Assembly (NCBI GenBank): GCA_020635075.1
Contig: JACKAM010000001.1
Coordinates: forward strand, 1,155,402 to 1,219,401
From: Pseudobdellovibrionaceae bacterium
GTDB taxonomy: Bacteria; Bdellovibrionota; Bdellovibrionia; Bdellovibrionales; UBA1609
Reading direction: 5' to 3'
Length of the DNA: 64,000 bases
Shown piece by piece: positions 8,964 through 17,626 of this stretch. Positions within the stretch are counted from its first letter, which is position 1. Every line of letters starts with the position of its first letter. The notes below the pieces were generated by a model. That model was not told where the DNA came from. It searched no databases and saw only the letters and a list, made by a program, of their open reading frames with translations. A program made the position numbers and the translations under genes.

Positions 8964-10652
8964 ATGCCGTTAAAGCCCAGACTGTTTAAGGCTCTCTTCT
9001 TGGGGACTGCCATTTTTTGTTGGTCTTTGCCCTGTTGGGGCAATGCCTGGTCCAACTACAGTCCCGGCCTCTGCTCCTCCGTGGGGCTTGCTCCTTCCTA
9101 CCGACAATACAGCCAGTTCACTTCTGCCCAGTCCAACACCTTTGTCACCCTTTACCGCCGGGCCAATATGGCTGGAAATGGCTACACCCTGTTTGATCAA
9201 GACACCTTGTTGCTCGAAGACCAATTTGGGAAACGTTACTATTCAGCCTACAAAGTCATTGATCCGACATTCATCGGCCGCTGTGATGAACCCTTAAACC
9301 TCATCGAACAAACCTTGGTTGAGGTCTTAAAGACGCCTTTGGGACTGAGCCTGGTCAGACAAGTTCTCGATTGCTCCAGCCACCGCCTGCAACGCCATTT
9401 TGGCATTCGTTCCGCACCAGCTGAATACCTGGCCGAGATCTGCCGACGCTCTGACATGAGCCACCCCTGGGTCCGCCCCAGCCGGGCAGAGGAAATCGAA
9501 CAAAGCCTAGCCAAAGCCATTGCTGATCTTCCCTGGTTCTATCTTCTGCCCAAAGAAAATTGGGGATTGATGTTACAGTTGGCGCAAAAACACCAATCCA
9601 CAGGGCTTGGCTCGATTGAGATCTTGTTCTCTCCCCAGGTGGAGGCGGAAAGACAAAGACTTCTACAACTATTGAGTGAGCCGCGGCAGTACACCTTTTT
9701 TGTCTCCAAGGACAATCCATCTCCCATTGATAGCTTTACTGATGGCGTTGGCCACCAGACCTATCTGGTGGTCCCCATTCAACCCAAACGAGAACACGGC
9801 CGCGTTGAGCCGTCCTGGGCCCAGCCTTTACTTGACAGCCGTTTTGATTTTTCCAGCGAAATTGCCCGTCTCAGACACTTAGTTGTCTCCGCGCTGACCC
9901 ACGAAACTCTGGCGGTCTTTTTTGATTCCAAAACTAACTTTTTTCAGAACCCGGGGGGATCATTTCAGATTTCCGGAGCCGGTTCTGGAGCACTCGGCGA
10001 AACTCGGGCCAAAGAACTCCTCTCTCACCCCCTCATCCAAGATGCATTTGTGGCCTTTCGTGCCTTTGCGGTTGAGAGAGACGTCTTCACCAGCCAGCCA
10101 ACACTCCTTCCTGACTATCAAAGCCCCGTCCCTAATGGGTCTGCCTTAACCGCAAGGAGTTGCATCCAAACGATGAAGAACCTGACTCAGGCATTGGCTC
10201 CCATTAGCTTGCCGCTAGCCATGCGCAACGTCCCCCGCTTGCTGCGCTCGCCGATCAAAGCGGACCAGGTGGAGTTGCTCTCCGTTGCCCATAGGATCAA
10301 CCGTTTCAATCTTGATTTTGCCGTCAAGTATGGACGCAGCCTTGGCCTCGATCTTTTGGCAGCAATGGACTTGAGCCGATTTAAACTCGATGAGAACTCG
10401 GCCTTAAAGCCCCTAATTGAAATCACCGACCAACAGTGGGCTGACTTAGAAAACTTGAGCATTTCATTTGAAGGTGGATCACCTGAATCACTCTGTGTCT
10501 TCCTTGCCACCCCACGTTTGAGTGGCTTTAATCTGGCATTCCAATCGGGCCCCCGTCCGCGCATCAAGGGCGATGGAAATTTTGATCCGATAAAGATGAT
10601 AAAGAAAACCCGCAAATGGCAATTTCCTGTCTTTCAAGGAAGTGACAAATGA
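8964..10652 (+). CDS. Hypothetical secreted protein (562 aa), no recognisable domain
   Basis: The listed ORF starts at a TTG (8952). The ATG at 8964 gives MPLKPRLFKALFLGTAIFCWSLPCWG, which is signal-like. The ORF is long and uninterrupted. Its stop overlaps the next start (ATGA at 10649-10652). Confidence 0.55.
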   Translation: MPLKPRLFKALFLGTAIFCWSLPCWGNAWSNYSPGLCSSVGLAPSYRQYSQFTSAQSNTFVTLYRRANMAGNGYTLFDQDTLLLEDQFGKRYYSAYKVIDPTFIGRCDEPLNLIEQTLVEVLKTPLGLSLVRQVLDCSSHRLQRHFGIRSAPAEYLAEICRRSDMSHPWVRPSRAEEIEQSLAKAIADLPWFYLLPKENWGLMLQLAQKHQSTGLGSIEILFSPQVEAERQRLLQLLSEPRQYTFFVSKDNPSPIDSFTDGVGHQTYLVVPIQPKREHGRVEPSWAQPLLDSRFDFSSEIARLRHLVVSALTHETLAVFFDSKTNFFQNPGGSFQISGAGSGALGETRAKELLSHPLIQDAFVAFRAFAVERDVFTSQPTLLPDYQSPVPNGSALTARSCIQTMKNLTQALAPISLPLAMRNVPRLLRSPIKADQVELLSVAHRINRFNLDFAVKYGRSLGLDLLAAMDLSRFKLDENSALKPLIEITDQQWADLENLSISFEGGSPESLCVFLATPRLSGFNLAFQSGPRPRIKGDGNFDPIKMIKKTRKWQFPVFQGSDK

Positions 10653-12037
10653 GCGTACACACACAATCCAACTGGCCGATCCCTAAAGGACTTGGCTTTA
10701 GCGAGCGTGTCCATAAGGTCAAACAGTATTTACAGAGGGGTGAGTTCTCTCTGGCCGAGGCTTCACTCACCCGTCTCAATCCAGTTTCAAAATCCCAAAT
10801 GCGCACTCATGCCCATTACCTGGGTCGGGTTTATCTTTACCGTGGGGACTTTACTGAAGCTCTTAGTCTCTTTTTGCAGGCCGAACGTCGTTTCGGCCCC
10901 AACATCAATTTAACGGTAGACATTGCCAATTGCCGTTACAGACTGGGTCACAACCATGCCTGGGAGCAACGGGTGGTACTGCTTGAGAAGACTTTGCGCG
11001 GTGAACATCTCCTGTGTGAGGAAAGCTCGCTTTATGCTCAGCTGAGCCTTGCCAAATTTAAAGAAGAACTTGGCGAAATCAGCGAAGCCCTAAAGATCTA
11101 CCTGAGGCTTCGTGATCAACATCGGGATAAGACTTCGCTTCCCTACTTTTCCCTCCTCGCTCAACTGCTCCGCGTATTGAGCCTGGGGCAAGATCAACCT
11201 CTCTTGGCAGAGACTTATCGGGAATTGATTCACGTTAAAGAGCTCCACCCCCAACTCTATCTCGATATTGAAATCCAACACGCTTTAATGCTGGCCGAAG
11301 TGCGCCAAATTGGCCCCAACGCGGCCTTGGCACGAATGGAGTCCCAGTTTCAACGTCTGGATATTGATCAATCAGATCGTAGGCTGATCCTATTTGACCT
11401 GCTGGACGAGTTTCTTCTCCGTCGATTGGACATTACACCACTCTTAGAACGGGCCCAGAAGCATTCCCTCTCCCATCTTGACCCCTACGAAGCCACACTG
11501 CTTCGTTTGGCCGACAATGAGGTGCTTTCCTCCCAGGACTGGATTCAACTCCCTCGCCAGGTTTCCACCGGATGCTACTTGCGCCTATTGAGCCTCTCCC
11601 TAAACAGTGAGTGTAACCCCGAGCTCACCCACCGCTGGCACTTGTTGATGGGGGCTCTGTCCCCCGCCTCTGCCCAAGCCTGGAGCGGGCGACTGGCCCA
11701 ATCCCAAAGTCAAAACCGCTTTATCTTCAACTCCCACACCGGAGAACTGCGTCTGCCAAGCCACAAGTCCGTTAGCTTCAAGAGGCGCAAGGCCCTGTCT
11801 CATCTTCTGAGGATTCTTTCCAGAAGCAATCGCATCCCCGTCGAGACTGCGATTCAGGAGCTCTGGGGAACTGGGTATAGCCCGAGTCATTTTGAACGCC
11901 TGCGCATTTCTGCTCACCGACTCAATCAGGAAATTCAAAAATCAGGATGGAAAGAGAAACTCCTTCTGGTGTCCTCAGAGTCTTTAGAGGTGTCTGCCAA
12001 TTCCCGACTCGTGGAAGGCGAATCCACCGCTATTTGA
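10649..12037 (+). CDS. TPR-like repeat protein with a C-terminal OmpR/PhoB-type winged-helix (trans_reg_C-like) domain and no receiver domain
   Basis: There is no signal peptide. The N-terminal helical repeats are TPR-like: 'HAHYLGRVYLYRGDFTEALSLFLQAERRFG', 'AQLSLAKFKEELGEISEALKIYLRL'. The C-terminus 'KALSHLLRILSRSNRIPVETAIQELWGTGYSPSHFERLRISAHRLNQEI' fits the OmpR effector-domain pattern (L..L....v....L...lWG......l...I.rLr..l). Confidence 0.6.
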   Translation: MSVHTQSNWPIPKGLGFSERVHKVKQYLQRGEFSLAEASLTRLNPVSKSQMRTHAHYLGRVYLYRGDFTEALSLFLQAERRFGPNINLTVDIANCRYRLGHNHAWEQRVVLLEKTLRGEHLLCEESSLYAQLSLAKFKEELGEISEALKIYLRLRDQHRDKTSLPYFSLLAQLLRVLSLGQDQPLLAETYRELIHVKELHPQLYLDIEIQHALMLAEVRQIGPNAALARMESQFQRLDIDQSDRRLILFDLLDEFLLRRLDITPLLERAQKHSLSHLDPYEATLLRLADNEVLSSQDWIQLPRQVSTGCYLRLLSLSLNSECNPELTHRWHLLMGALSPASAQAWSGRLAQSQSQNRFIFNSHTGELRLPSHKSVSFKRRKALSHLLRILSRSNRIPVETAIQELWGTGYSPSHFERLRISAHRLNQEIQKSGWKEKLLLVSSESLEVSANSRLVEGESTAI

Positions 12038-12055
12038 AATTGTACGGAATTGTAC
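12038..12055. promoter_or_regulatory. Tandem direct repeat AATTGTAC-N2-AATTGTAC (10-bp phasing); candidate winged-helix operator
   Basis: AATTGTAC occurs at 12038-12045 and again at 12048-12055. It starts immediately after the stop of the wHTH gene and ends 93 nt upstream of the next ATG (12148). The functional role is inference only. Confidence 0.3.
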
Positions 12056-12147
12056 ATAGCAAGATGGACGAATCTTCATTAAGTCTACTCCCACGTGAAT
12101 CGTAGGCACTGAATTTTTCACTCATTGAACTCTTGTGGGAGATCACT

Positions 12148-13212
12148 ATGAAACCCTTGGCACAATGGTTTTGTCTTGCTTCGTTTGTTTTTTGTAGTCT
12201 TGCCGCCCAAGCGGTTAATCAATCTGACTTGATCTGGGAGTTTGTGGACCCAGCCCATGTGGCTGTTGATGGTCAGACCCGCGTGGTGGACCTTTACCAG
12301 GTCCTGGACCTGAGTCAGGCCCGTGGGCGCCTGGAATCTCTCTATTTTGAGGGTATTGGCAAAGGCTCCGTTACCATTCGGGTCAATGGCCGACCACAAG
12401 CCGTCATTACATTTACCGATGAATCGGGCGAGCAATTGCGGGGAAAAAAGATCGCCCTGCGCTTAGGCCGCCTGAGTTCACTGGATGCCCAATTGGCATT
12501 TGGCGATGTCACACTCTTTCGCGTGGCTGCTGTTTTGTCTGAAGGACGTCACGGGGGCGGAGGCCCCATCGACGGCCCGGACCGTCCCCATCCAAACCCG
12601 GAACTGGACACCTGCATACTGCAAAGGGATGCCTTAGCGAAGGAGCTGGAAATCCTCAAAAGCTCGGACCTCACTTGTCATGACCCACAAATGATCGTGG
12701 AGATCTTTGGCGATGCCGGTTGTTCCTACACCCGCATGGTGGCCCACCCCTTCGAACTAACATCCAACTACGCGACTGATTTAGGCAAATGCCTGGACCT
12801 GGCCAAGGAGACCGATATGTCAGCGATCAAAACCAGTCATCTCATGGGCATCAAAGTCAACGGCGCCTGCAGCACCATCAATGCCACCAAGGATCTGACC
12901 GCTCTGTGTTTGGCGGCCTCTCAAAACTCGATTCCGACGGCGAAGCCCGAAGTCACCATCCAGGCCTTTGGTAGCTCCGACTGCAAAAGCTATGAAATCA
13001 CCAGGCCTGAGGAATTCAGGATTTTTGGCTCACCGGAAATCGACAAGGAGCTCTGTTCCCGATTTGCCAAAAAGGCAGCGGCAGCCAGCTATTACACCTA
13101 CGCTGTTAAAATTAATGGAATTTGCAAAGATACGAAAGATACCAAGGTCGAATCAGAACTCTACTCCGAGTGCATGCGCTTTTCCAAGGCCTATGCCTCC
13201 TCACAACCCTAA
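12148..13212 (+). CDS. Secreted protein: N-terminal domain, Gly/Pro linker, then two tandem 4-Cys modules
   Basis: Start trimmed to the ATG at 12148 (MKPLAQWFCLASFVFCSLAAQA). The linker is 'GRHGGGGPIDGPDRPHPNPE'. It is followed by two ~77-aa repeats sharing 'FG..(x)C ... C ... (I/V)K(V/I)NG.C ... C'. Confidence 0.6.
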   Translation: MKPLAQWFCLASFVFCSLAAQAVNQSDLIWEFVDPAHVAVDGQTRVVDLYQVLDLSQARGRLESLYFEGIGKGSVTIRVNGRPQAVITFTDESGEQLRGKKIALRLGRLSSLDAQLAFGDVTLFRVAAVLSEGRHGGGGPIDGPDRPHPNPELDTCILQRDALAKELEILKSSDLTCHDPQMIVEIFGDAGCSYTRMVAHPFELTSNYATDLGKCLDLAKETDMSAIKTSHLMGIKVNGACSTINATKDLTALCLAASQNSIPTAKPEVTIQAFGSSDCKSYEITRPEEFRIFGSPEIDKELCSRFAKKAAAASYYTYAVKINGICKDTKDTKVESELYSECMRFSKAYASSQP

Positions 13213-13228
13213 TACCTCTACCATTGCT

Positions 13229-13263
13229 GAGTGAGGCAAGCCCCCTCTGCCTCACTCATTTTG
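13229..13263 (+). terminator. Rho-independent terminator
   Basis: Perfect 10-bp stem GAGTGAGGCA (13229-13238) / TGCCTCACTC (13248-13257) with a 9-nt loop, followed by ATTTTG. It begins 17 nt after the stop at 13212. Confidence 0.65.
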
Positions 13264-13407
13264 TCCAAATCTCCACCCCCCCTGAAAATTTGCTAATCCC
13301 ACCCTCCCGTCAGTTGGACTAATCAGACAAATTATTCTGACGCAAAAGCACTTGTGGCAAGGCTGTCAATGCTGTCATATCACTGCAATTCTAATCGGGG
13401 GGAACTT

Positions 13408-13923
13408 ATGAAGAAAATTGGCATTCTATTGGCGATCACGGCAGGAGCCTTTTCGGCCCAGGCTCAAGTCGAGCAGTTTCATGGCACATACAACCTTCAG
13501 CAGGGAGACCGCTCTTGTTCTGAGGTCTTGCTTGTTGAGGCCTGTAACGCCCACTTCGCGGATCAACAACCCTGCCTTTGGTACACCAAGCAGAATCGGG
13601 CGGGTCACTTCAGGGGCAATGGGGTCTTGGCCAATCTGAAACAAATGGGCACCTTGGAAATCGAGGAATGCCCCACGGCTGGCCCTGTGATCCCTGGCTG
13701 CAAAGTGTGGAAGACCCAACAGTCACTGCTGAATAGTGATTCCGTTCTCTCGCGAGTCACCTCCACCACTCGCCACTGGGGTGTTACTGTCAGTCGCCAG
13801 ATCAAAACAGTGCGGATGGTAAAAAAGGGGGACGACCAACTTGTCTTTGAGGAGTCGAACAAGAACTTTAAGGGCTGGGTCGCTGAATCGGCTAAATCCC
13901 AAACCTGCAACTACTCAAAGTAA
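13408..13923 (+). CDS. Hypothetical Cys-containing secreted protein
   Basis: Start trimmed to the ATG at 13408, with GGGGGGAA upstream and signal peptide MKKIGILLAITAGAFSAQAQ. 171 aa with 7 Cys after the predicted signal cleavage. No recognised motif. Confidence 0.55.
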   Translation: MKKIGILLAITAGAFSAQAQVEQFHGTYNLQQGDRSCSEVLLVEACNAHFADQQPCLWYTKQNRAGHFRGNGVLANLKQMGTLEIEECPTAGPVIPGCKVWKTQQSLLNSDSVLSRVTSTTRHWGVTVSRQIKTVRMVKKGDDQLVFEESNKNFKGWVAESAKSQTCNYSK

Positions 13924-13964
13924 TTGATTTTTTGAGCGCCCGGCACCTAACTGGAGGATGGCGC

Positions 13965-14951
13965 TTAAGGGACATTCACCACCGTGGTGTAGAGAGCTTC
14001 CACCACCAGCTTCATTTTTTCAAAGTCCAGGCGACCGGCTGTATCGCCTGGCTTGTGGTACTCAAGATTTCGGTAAAAGGCCGTATCGGACACCATAATG
14101 GCCGGCCATTCATGCTCCCAGTAACTGCGGTGATCCGAGTAATCAATTCCAGGCAAAATCGTCGGTGCATTAATGGAGTAAGTCTTCAGGCCTTCAATGG
14201 ATGAAAAAGAGTCCTTCACCATCCGCACTTCTTTTCTTTCTGACGGACTGGCCACTAAAGATATGAAGTTCCCTCTCCAGGGATAAAGGGCATAAAGAAG
14301 CGGAATTGGGAACTTCTGCGAGAACCATTCATCTGAATAGTAACCAATCATTTCCAGGGACAGCATTAGTTTGACCTCTTCTCCCCTCTCTTTGATTTGG
14401 TCGGCATGGTAAACACTTCCCATCCCAAATGTCGCAAAATAAGGAGGCTCTTCCAGTGTGTAGGCTACCAGCTCCACAGGACTCTTGAGTTCAGGCTCAT
14501 TCTCTTTGAGTAGCCGTGCCAACTCCAAAAGCCCCGCCACGCCACTGGCATTATCGTCGGCTCCCGGATTGTCTTCTTCAGCCACATCGTAATGGGCTCC
14601 AATGACAACCAAAGGACCCGTCTCCGCCCCCAAGCGTACAATGACATTATGATAAACGGTTTTATCCTCGTAGACCTCCTGCAGAGACACCTTGTATCCC
14701 AGAGAGGTCAGGTAATCTGAAATATACCTCTCAGCACGAAACATGGAGTCCGCATTTTGATAGCTCCGATTGGGCACAATGCCCGAGAGAAACTCCACAT
14801 GAGTCTTTAAACGCGAGGCATCTGCCCGGTGCTTGATCTGGACGCTACTTCCAATTCCCATGGAAGGATTGCGCAAATACCAGAAGGCCACTGCGTAGAG
14901 GAGACCGACCAAAACAAAGAGGAGCAGAGCAATGGATTTCAGGGCTTTCAT
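13965..14951 (-). CDS. M28-family zinc aminopeptidase
   Basis: N-terminal membrane anchor/signal MKALKSIALLLFVLVGLLYAVAF. Metal-ligand blocks are typical of M28: 'VVIGAHYDV...NPGADDNASGVAGLLELARLL' and 'LEEPPYF...GS'. Confidence 0.85.
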   Translation of the reverse strand: MKALKSIALLLFVLVGLLYAVAFWYLRNPSMGIGSSVQIKHRADASRLKTHVEFLSGIVPNRSYQNADSMFRAERYISDYLTSLGYKVSLQEVYEDKTVYHNVIVRLGAETGPLVVIGAHYDVAEEDNPGADDNASGVAGLLELARLLKENEPELKSPVELVAYTLEEPPYFATFGMGSVYHADQIKERGEEVKLMLSLEMIGYYSDEWFSQKFPIPLLYALYPWRGNFISLVASPSERKEVRMVKDSFSSIEGLKTYSINAPTILPGIDYSDHRSYWEHEWPAIMVSDTAFYRNLEYHKPGDTAGRLDFEKMKLVVEALYTTVVNVP

Positions 14952-15076
14952 AGAAGGATTCTAACCTAAAAGGTGAACTCACGACACTCATATTCCAAAT
15001 CATATAGACGGAGCCCACAAACAATGGCCAGGAACGACCTGACCATTTTCTCAGTCTTCCGGAACGTCATAGAGAC

Positions 15077-15388
15077 CTAGTGGACCCAATCAATCTTGCA
15101 CTGAGTTTCCTGTCCGCGCAGCTTAATGACTTCGATCCAGCCCAAATTGATATGAGGTTGAGACTTGGTCACAAACATAAAGGTGTATTTGTAGCCAGGG
15201 CGATCAGTAAATAGATGTCCTGAACCCAACCGGGCATTGATTTTGGTCATCTCGGCCAACTCAGTGGGACACTCAAGTAGAGCGTTGATCGAACGGATCT
15301 CCTGTCCTGTGAGATCAGTGATAAGAGAGGCTTGGGCAGCCACACTCAGCATCAATCCGCCCACAAGGGCAGCAATAGTTTTTTTCAT
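15077..15388 (-). CDS. Small hypothetical secreted protein
   Basis: Start trimmed to the ATG at 15388, with AGGAGAAATC upstream and signal peptide MKKTIAALVGGLMLSVAAQA. 103 aa. Confidence 0.5.
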   Translation of the reverse strand: MKKTIAALVGGLMLSVAAQASLITDLTGQEIRSINALLECPTELAEMTKINARLGSGHLFTDRPGYKYTFMFVTKSQPHINLGWIEVIKLRGQETQCKIDWVH

Positions 15389-15492
15389 GTGATTTCTCCT
15401 TTTGGCTAATGACTTCAGTCCTCTTGATGTCCCTTGTACCCCAGCCCTATTGGGAGAAAAACACTGCACTGATTTTTGTGATTATTTCGCAG

Positions 15493-15936
15493 TTAAAAGG
15501 ACAGGACCTTATAAGTCGCAGCTGCGCCTTCAATTCCATTGTGAGAGATCAGCGGATATACCTGTAGCCGATTGAGAGCTCCTTCGGGAGGAGGAAGCCC
15601 TTGCTGTTCATACAAATCAAGCTTCTCTTGTTCGATTTGCCCTGGGACAACATAGACGACATAAAGTCCCAGGAGAATGCCGGCATAGAGACCAATAGAT
15701 GCACCGCGGGCCACGTTCTGCAAATTATCACCCGGCTTGTCTTCAAAGGCCAAGGTGGCTGTCCCCACCAAAGCCCCTGCTAAAACACCATAGGTGCAAG
15801 CCGTGATAAATTCCTTCATGGGAGTAGCCGGAGGTGGCTGACCTGGCTGAGGCACCTGGGCGCGCACGGACAAGGGAGCGAGGGCCAACGTCATCAACAG
15901 CAAATACCGAACAATCATCATCCCACCCTCACTCAT
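15493..15936 (-). CDS. Hypothetical membrane protein with Gly-zipper-like segments
   Basis: Signal-like 'VRYLLLMTLALAPLSVRAQ', then 'GVLAGALVGTATLAF' and 'GASIGLYAGILLGLYVVYV'. Start is ambiguous: ATG at 15936, or the ATGATG at 15921/15918. Confidence 0.5.
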   Translation of the reverse strand: MSEGGMMIVRYLLLMTLALAPLSVRAQVPQPGQPPPATPMKEFITACTYGVLAGALVGTATLAFEDKPGDNLQNVARGASIGLYAGILLGLYVVYVVPGQIEQEKLDLYEQQGLPPPEGALNRLQVYPLISHNGIEGAAATYKVLSF

Positions 15937-16003
15937 AGGATTAGTCTTCCATAGCCTCGCGCAGAGTCAAGAATTAGCCGCCATCTCCCAGGCTTGCGCG
16001 GCG

Positions 16004-16342
16004 TCACTCGGCAAGAAAGTCGGTCCACCAATGGATACGGCCCGAGGGAAGAACCACAGCCAAATGAAAGAGAATCTCTTTCTCCGGATACACTTCCACC
16101 AGATTCTCCAAAACCCGTAAGAGTCGGTGTTTCTGCTTTCGGCTGATGGCCCGATCCAAGTGGGAGAGGCTTCTGCGAGACTTCACCTCTACGAGGAGGA
16201 TTTGTCCTCGCCGAACATACACTCCATCCACTTCGGCCCAAGGGGTTTTCCAGCGGCGGACCTGAGGACTCCAGCCCCTTTTGCGCAAATGATTTTCAAC
16301 CACATCCTCGGAGTACTGCCCCCGTAGGTTGCGATCCACCAT
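16004..16342 (-). CDS. yraN: YraN-family (UPF0102) endonuclease-like protein
   Basis: The listed 205-aa ORF overlaps rnhB. I trimmed it to the ATG at 16342 (MVDRNLRGQYSEDVVENHLRKRGW...). The core 'AEVDGVYVRRGQILLVEVKSRRS' matches the YraN pattern (GEiDli....l.fVEVK.R). Confidence 0.7.
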   Translation of the reverse strand: MVDRNLRGQYSEDVVENHLRKRGWSPQVRRWKTPWAEVDGVYVRRGQILLVEVKSRRSLSHLDRAISRKQKHRLLRVLENLVEVYPEKEILFHLAVVLPSGRIHWWTDFLAE

Positions 16343-16409
16343 TTGGCTGTCGGCTTTTGTGTAACCTGCGGGCCCACCCCTTATCAGCCCGTCTAGTCTT
16401 TGACGGAGT

Positions 16410-17066
16410 CTAGAGATACTCTCGCACCCCTGCAAAGGTGGGTCGATGAAGAGCGCAGGGTCCCAGCTTTTGTATCGCCTCTTTGTGGACCGGAGTCGCA
16501 TAGCCTTTGTGCTCCTCAAAACCATAGTTAGGATACTTAATTGCCGCCTCTTTGAGCAGTCGATCGCGGGTGACTTTGGCCACAATTGATGCCGCCGCCA
16601 CAGGCTCAGCCCTGAGATCACCTTTAATCAGAGTCGTTTGTTCAAAGCGTTCACTGACTCCAGGAATGCGCTGATTCCCGTCGACAATGATATGTCCCGC
16701 ATGCAAGCCCAACTGTTCGACCGCCCTTTTCATCGCCAAGAGGGCGGCACGCAAAATATTCAGCTCGGTGATCTCTTCAACCGTAGCAAAACCAATTCCC
16801 ACCTGATGGTCAGCCAGGATTTGTTCGGCGTATTCTTCGCGCCGAGATTCGGACAATTTTTTCGAGTCTGTGTAGTGCTGCCAAGGTTTATTGGGATTAA
16901 TGATGACAGCTGCGGCGTAGACCGGCCCGGCCAAACAACCTCTTCCCACCTCGTCCACGCCAATGATCGGTAGGGATGTGCTCAATGTCTGCCAGGGAAA
17001 TTTCTCCCAAATCTGTTGGCGTTTTTTGGACTTTGTCTTTGACGACTGCTTGGCTTCGCTCACCAT
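16410..17066 (-). CDS. rnhB: Ribonuclease HII
   Basis: Hallmark '[21 protein letters not shown]', '[12 protein letters not shown]', 'IVDGN' and '[10 protein letters not shown]' are present. The ~200-aa core is typical. Confidence 0.9.
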   Translation of the reverse strand: MVSEAKQSSKTKSKKRQQIWEKFPWQTLSTSLPIIGVDEVGRGCLAGPVYAAAVIINPNKPWQHYTDSKKLSESRREEYAEQILADHQVGIGFATVEEITELNILRAALLAMKRAVEQLGLHAGHIIVDGNQRIPGVSERFEQTTLIKGDLRAEPVAAASIVAKVTRDRLLKEAAIKYPNYGFEEHKGYATPVHKEAIQKLGPCALHRPTFAGVREYL

Positions 17067-17116
17067 TTTCCCTCTAAGATGTTACTTCTCTATGCTGAAT
17101 AGATCCACGCGGACGC

Positions 17117-17151
17117 AAAAAAAAAGCCGCTCCTTTATGGGCGGCTTTTTG
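17117..17151 (-). terminator. Rho-independent terminator after rplS
   Basis: Stem AGCCGC (17125-17130) / GCGGCT (17141-17146). The minus-strand transcript reads stem-loop followed by U9 (A-run 17117-17125 on the plus strand). It begins 18 nt after the rplS stop. Confidence 0.7.
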
Positions 17152-17168
17152 TTATCCGGCTGATCGCC

Positions 17169-17591
17169 TTACTTTTCGCTGGTCTCTGCAACTGGAGCAG
17201 CCTGAGCTGTTTCTTCTGGCTGAGCCACTGTGCGCTCTTCTTCACTCACACGCTCAGTGGACAGACGAGCCGCACGGCCTTTCAGGTCGCGCAGATAAAA
17301 CAGGCGAGCGCGACGGACTTTACCACGGCTCACAAGCTCAATTTTATCAATGGCAGGACTGGCAAAGGGGAAAGTTCTCTCGACACCCACTCCAGCCGAA
17401 ATCTTACGAACGGTAAAAGAACGGCCTGTGCCCTTCCCTTGGATTTTGAGAACCACACCTTGGAAGACCTGAATTCTCTCTTTGGCTCCCTCTTTCACCT
17501 TGGCGTGAACGTTAAGCGTATCACCAGGTGTAAAGCGTGGAAATTTCTTCTGTTTTGTCCGACCCATGGTCAAGCGTTGTACGATATCCAT
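17169..17591 (-). CDS. rplS: 50S ribosomal protein L19, with an acidic C-terminal extension
   Basis: Start trimmed to the ATG at 17591 (MDIVQRL...). Conserved '[75 protein letters not shown]' is present. Confidence 0.9.
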   Translation of the reverse strand: MDIVQRLTMGRTKQKKFPRFTPGDTLNVHAKVKEGAKERIQVFQGVVLKIQGKGTGRSFTVRKISAGVGVERTFPFASPAIDKIELVSRGKVRRARLFYLRDLKGRAARLSTERVSEEERTVAQPEETAQAAPVAETSEK

Positions 17592-17626
17592 ATGACTCAC
17601 TCCGCAAAATTCAAGAACGTGTAGGG

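Noticed and set aside
16343-16621. N-terminal 93-codon extension of the YraN-like ORF
   Set aside because: The extension overlaps the 3' end of rnhB in another frame and has an Arg/Lys/Ser-rich, junk-like sequence. The YraN homology begins at the internal ATG (16342).
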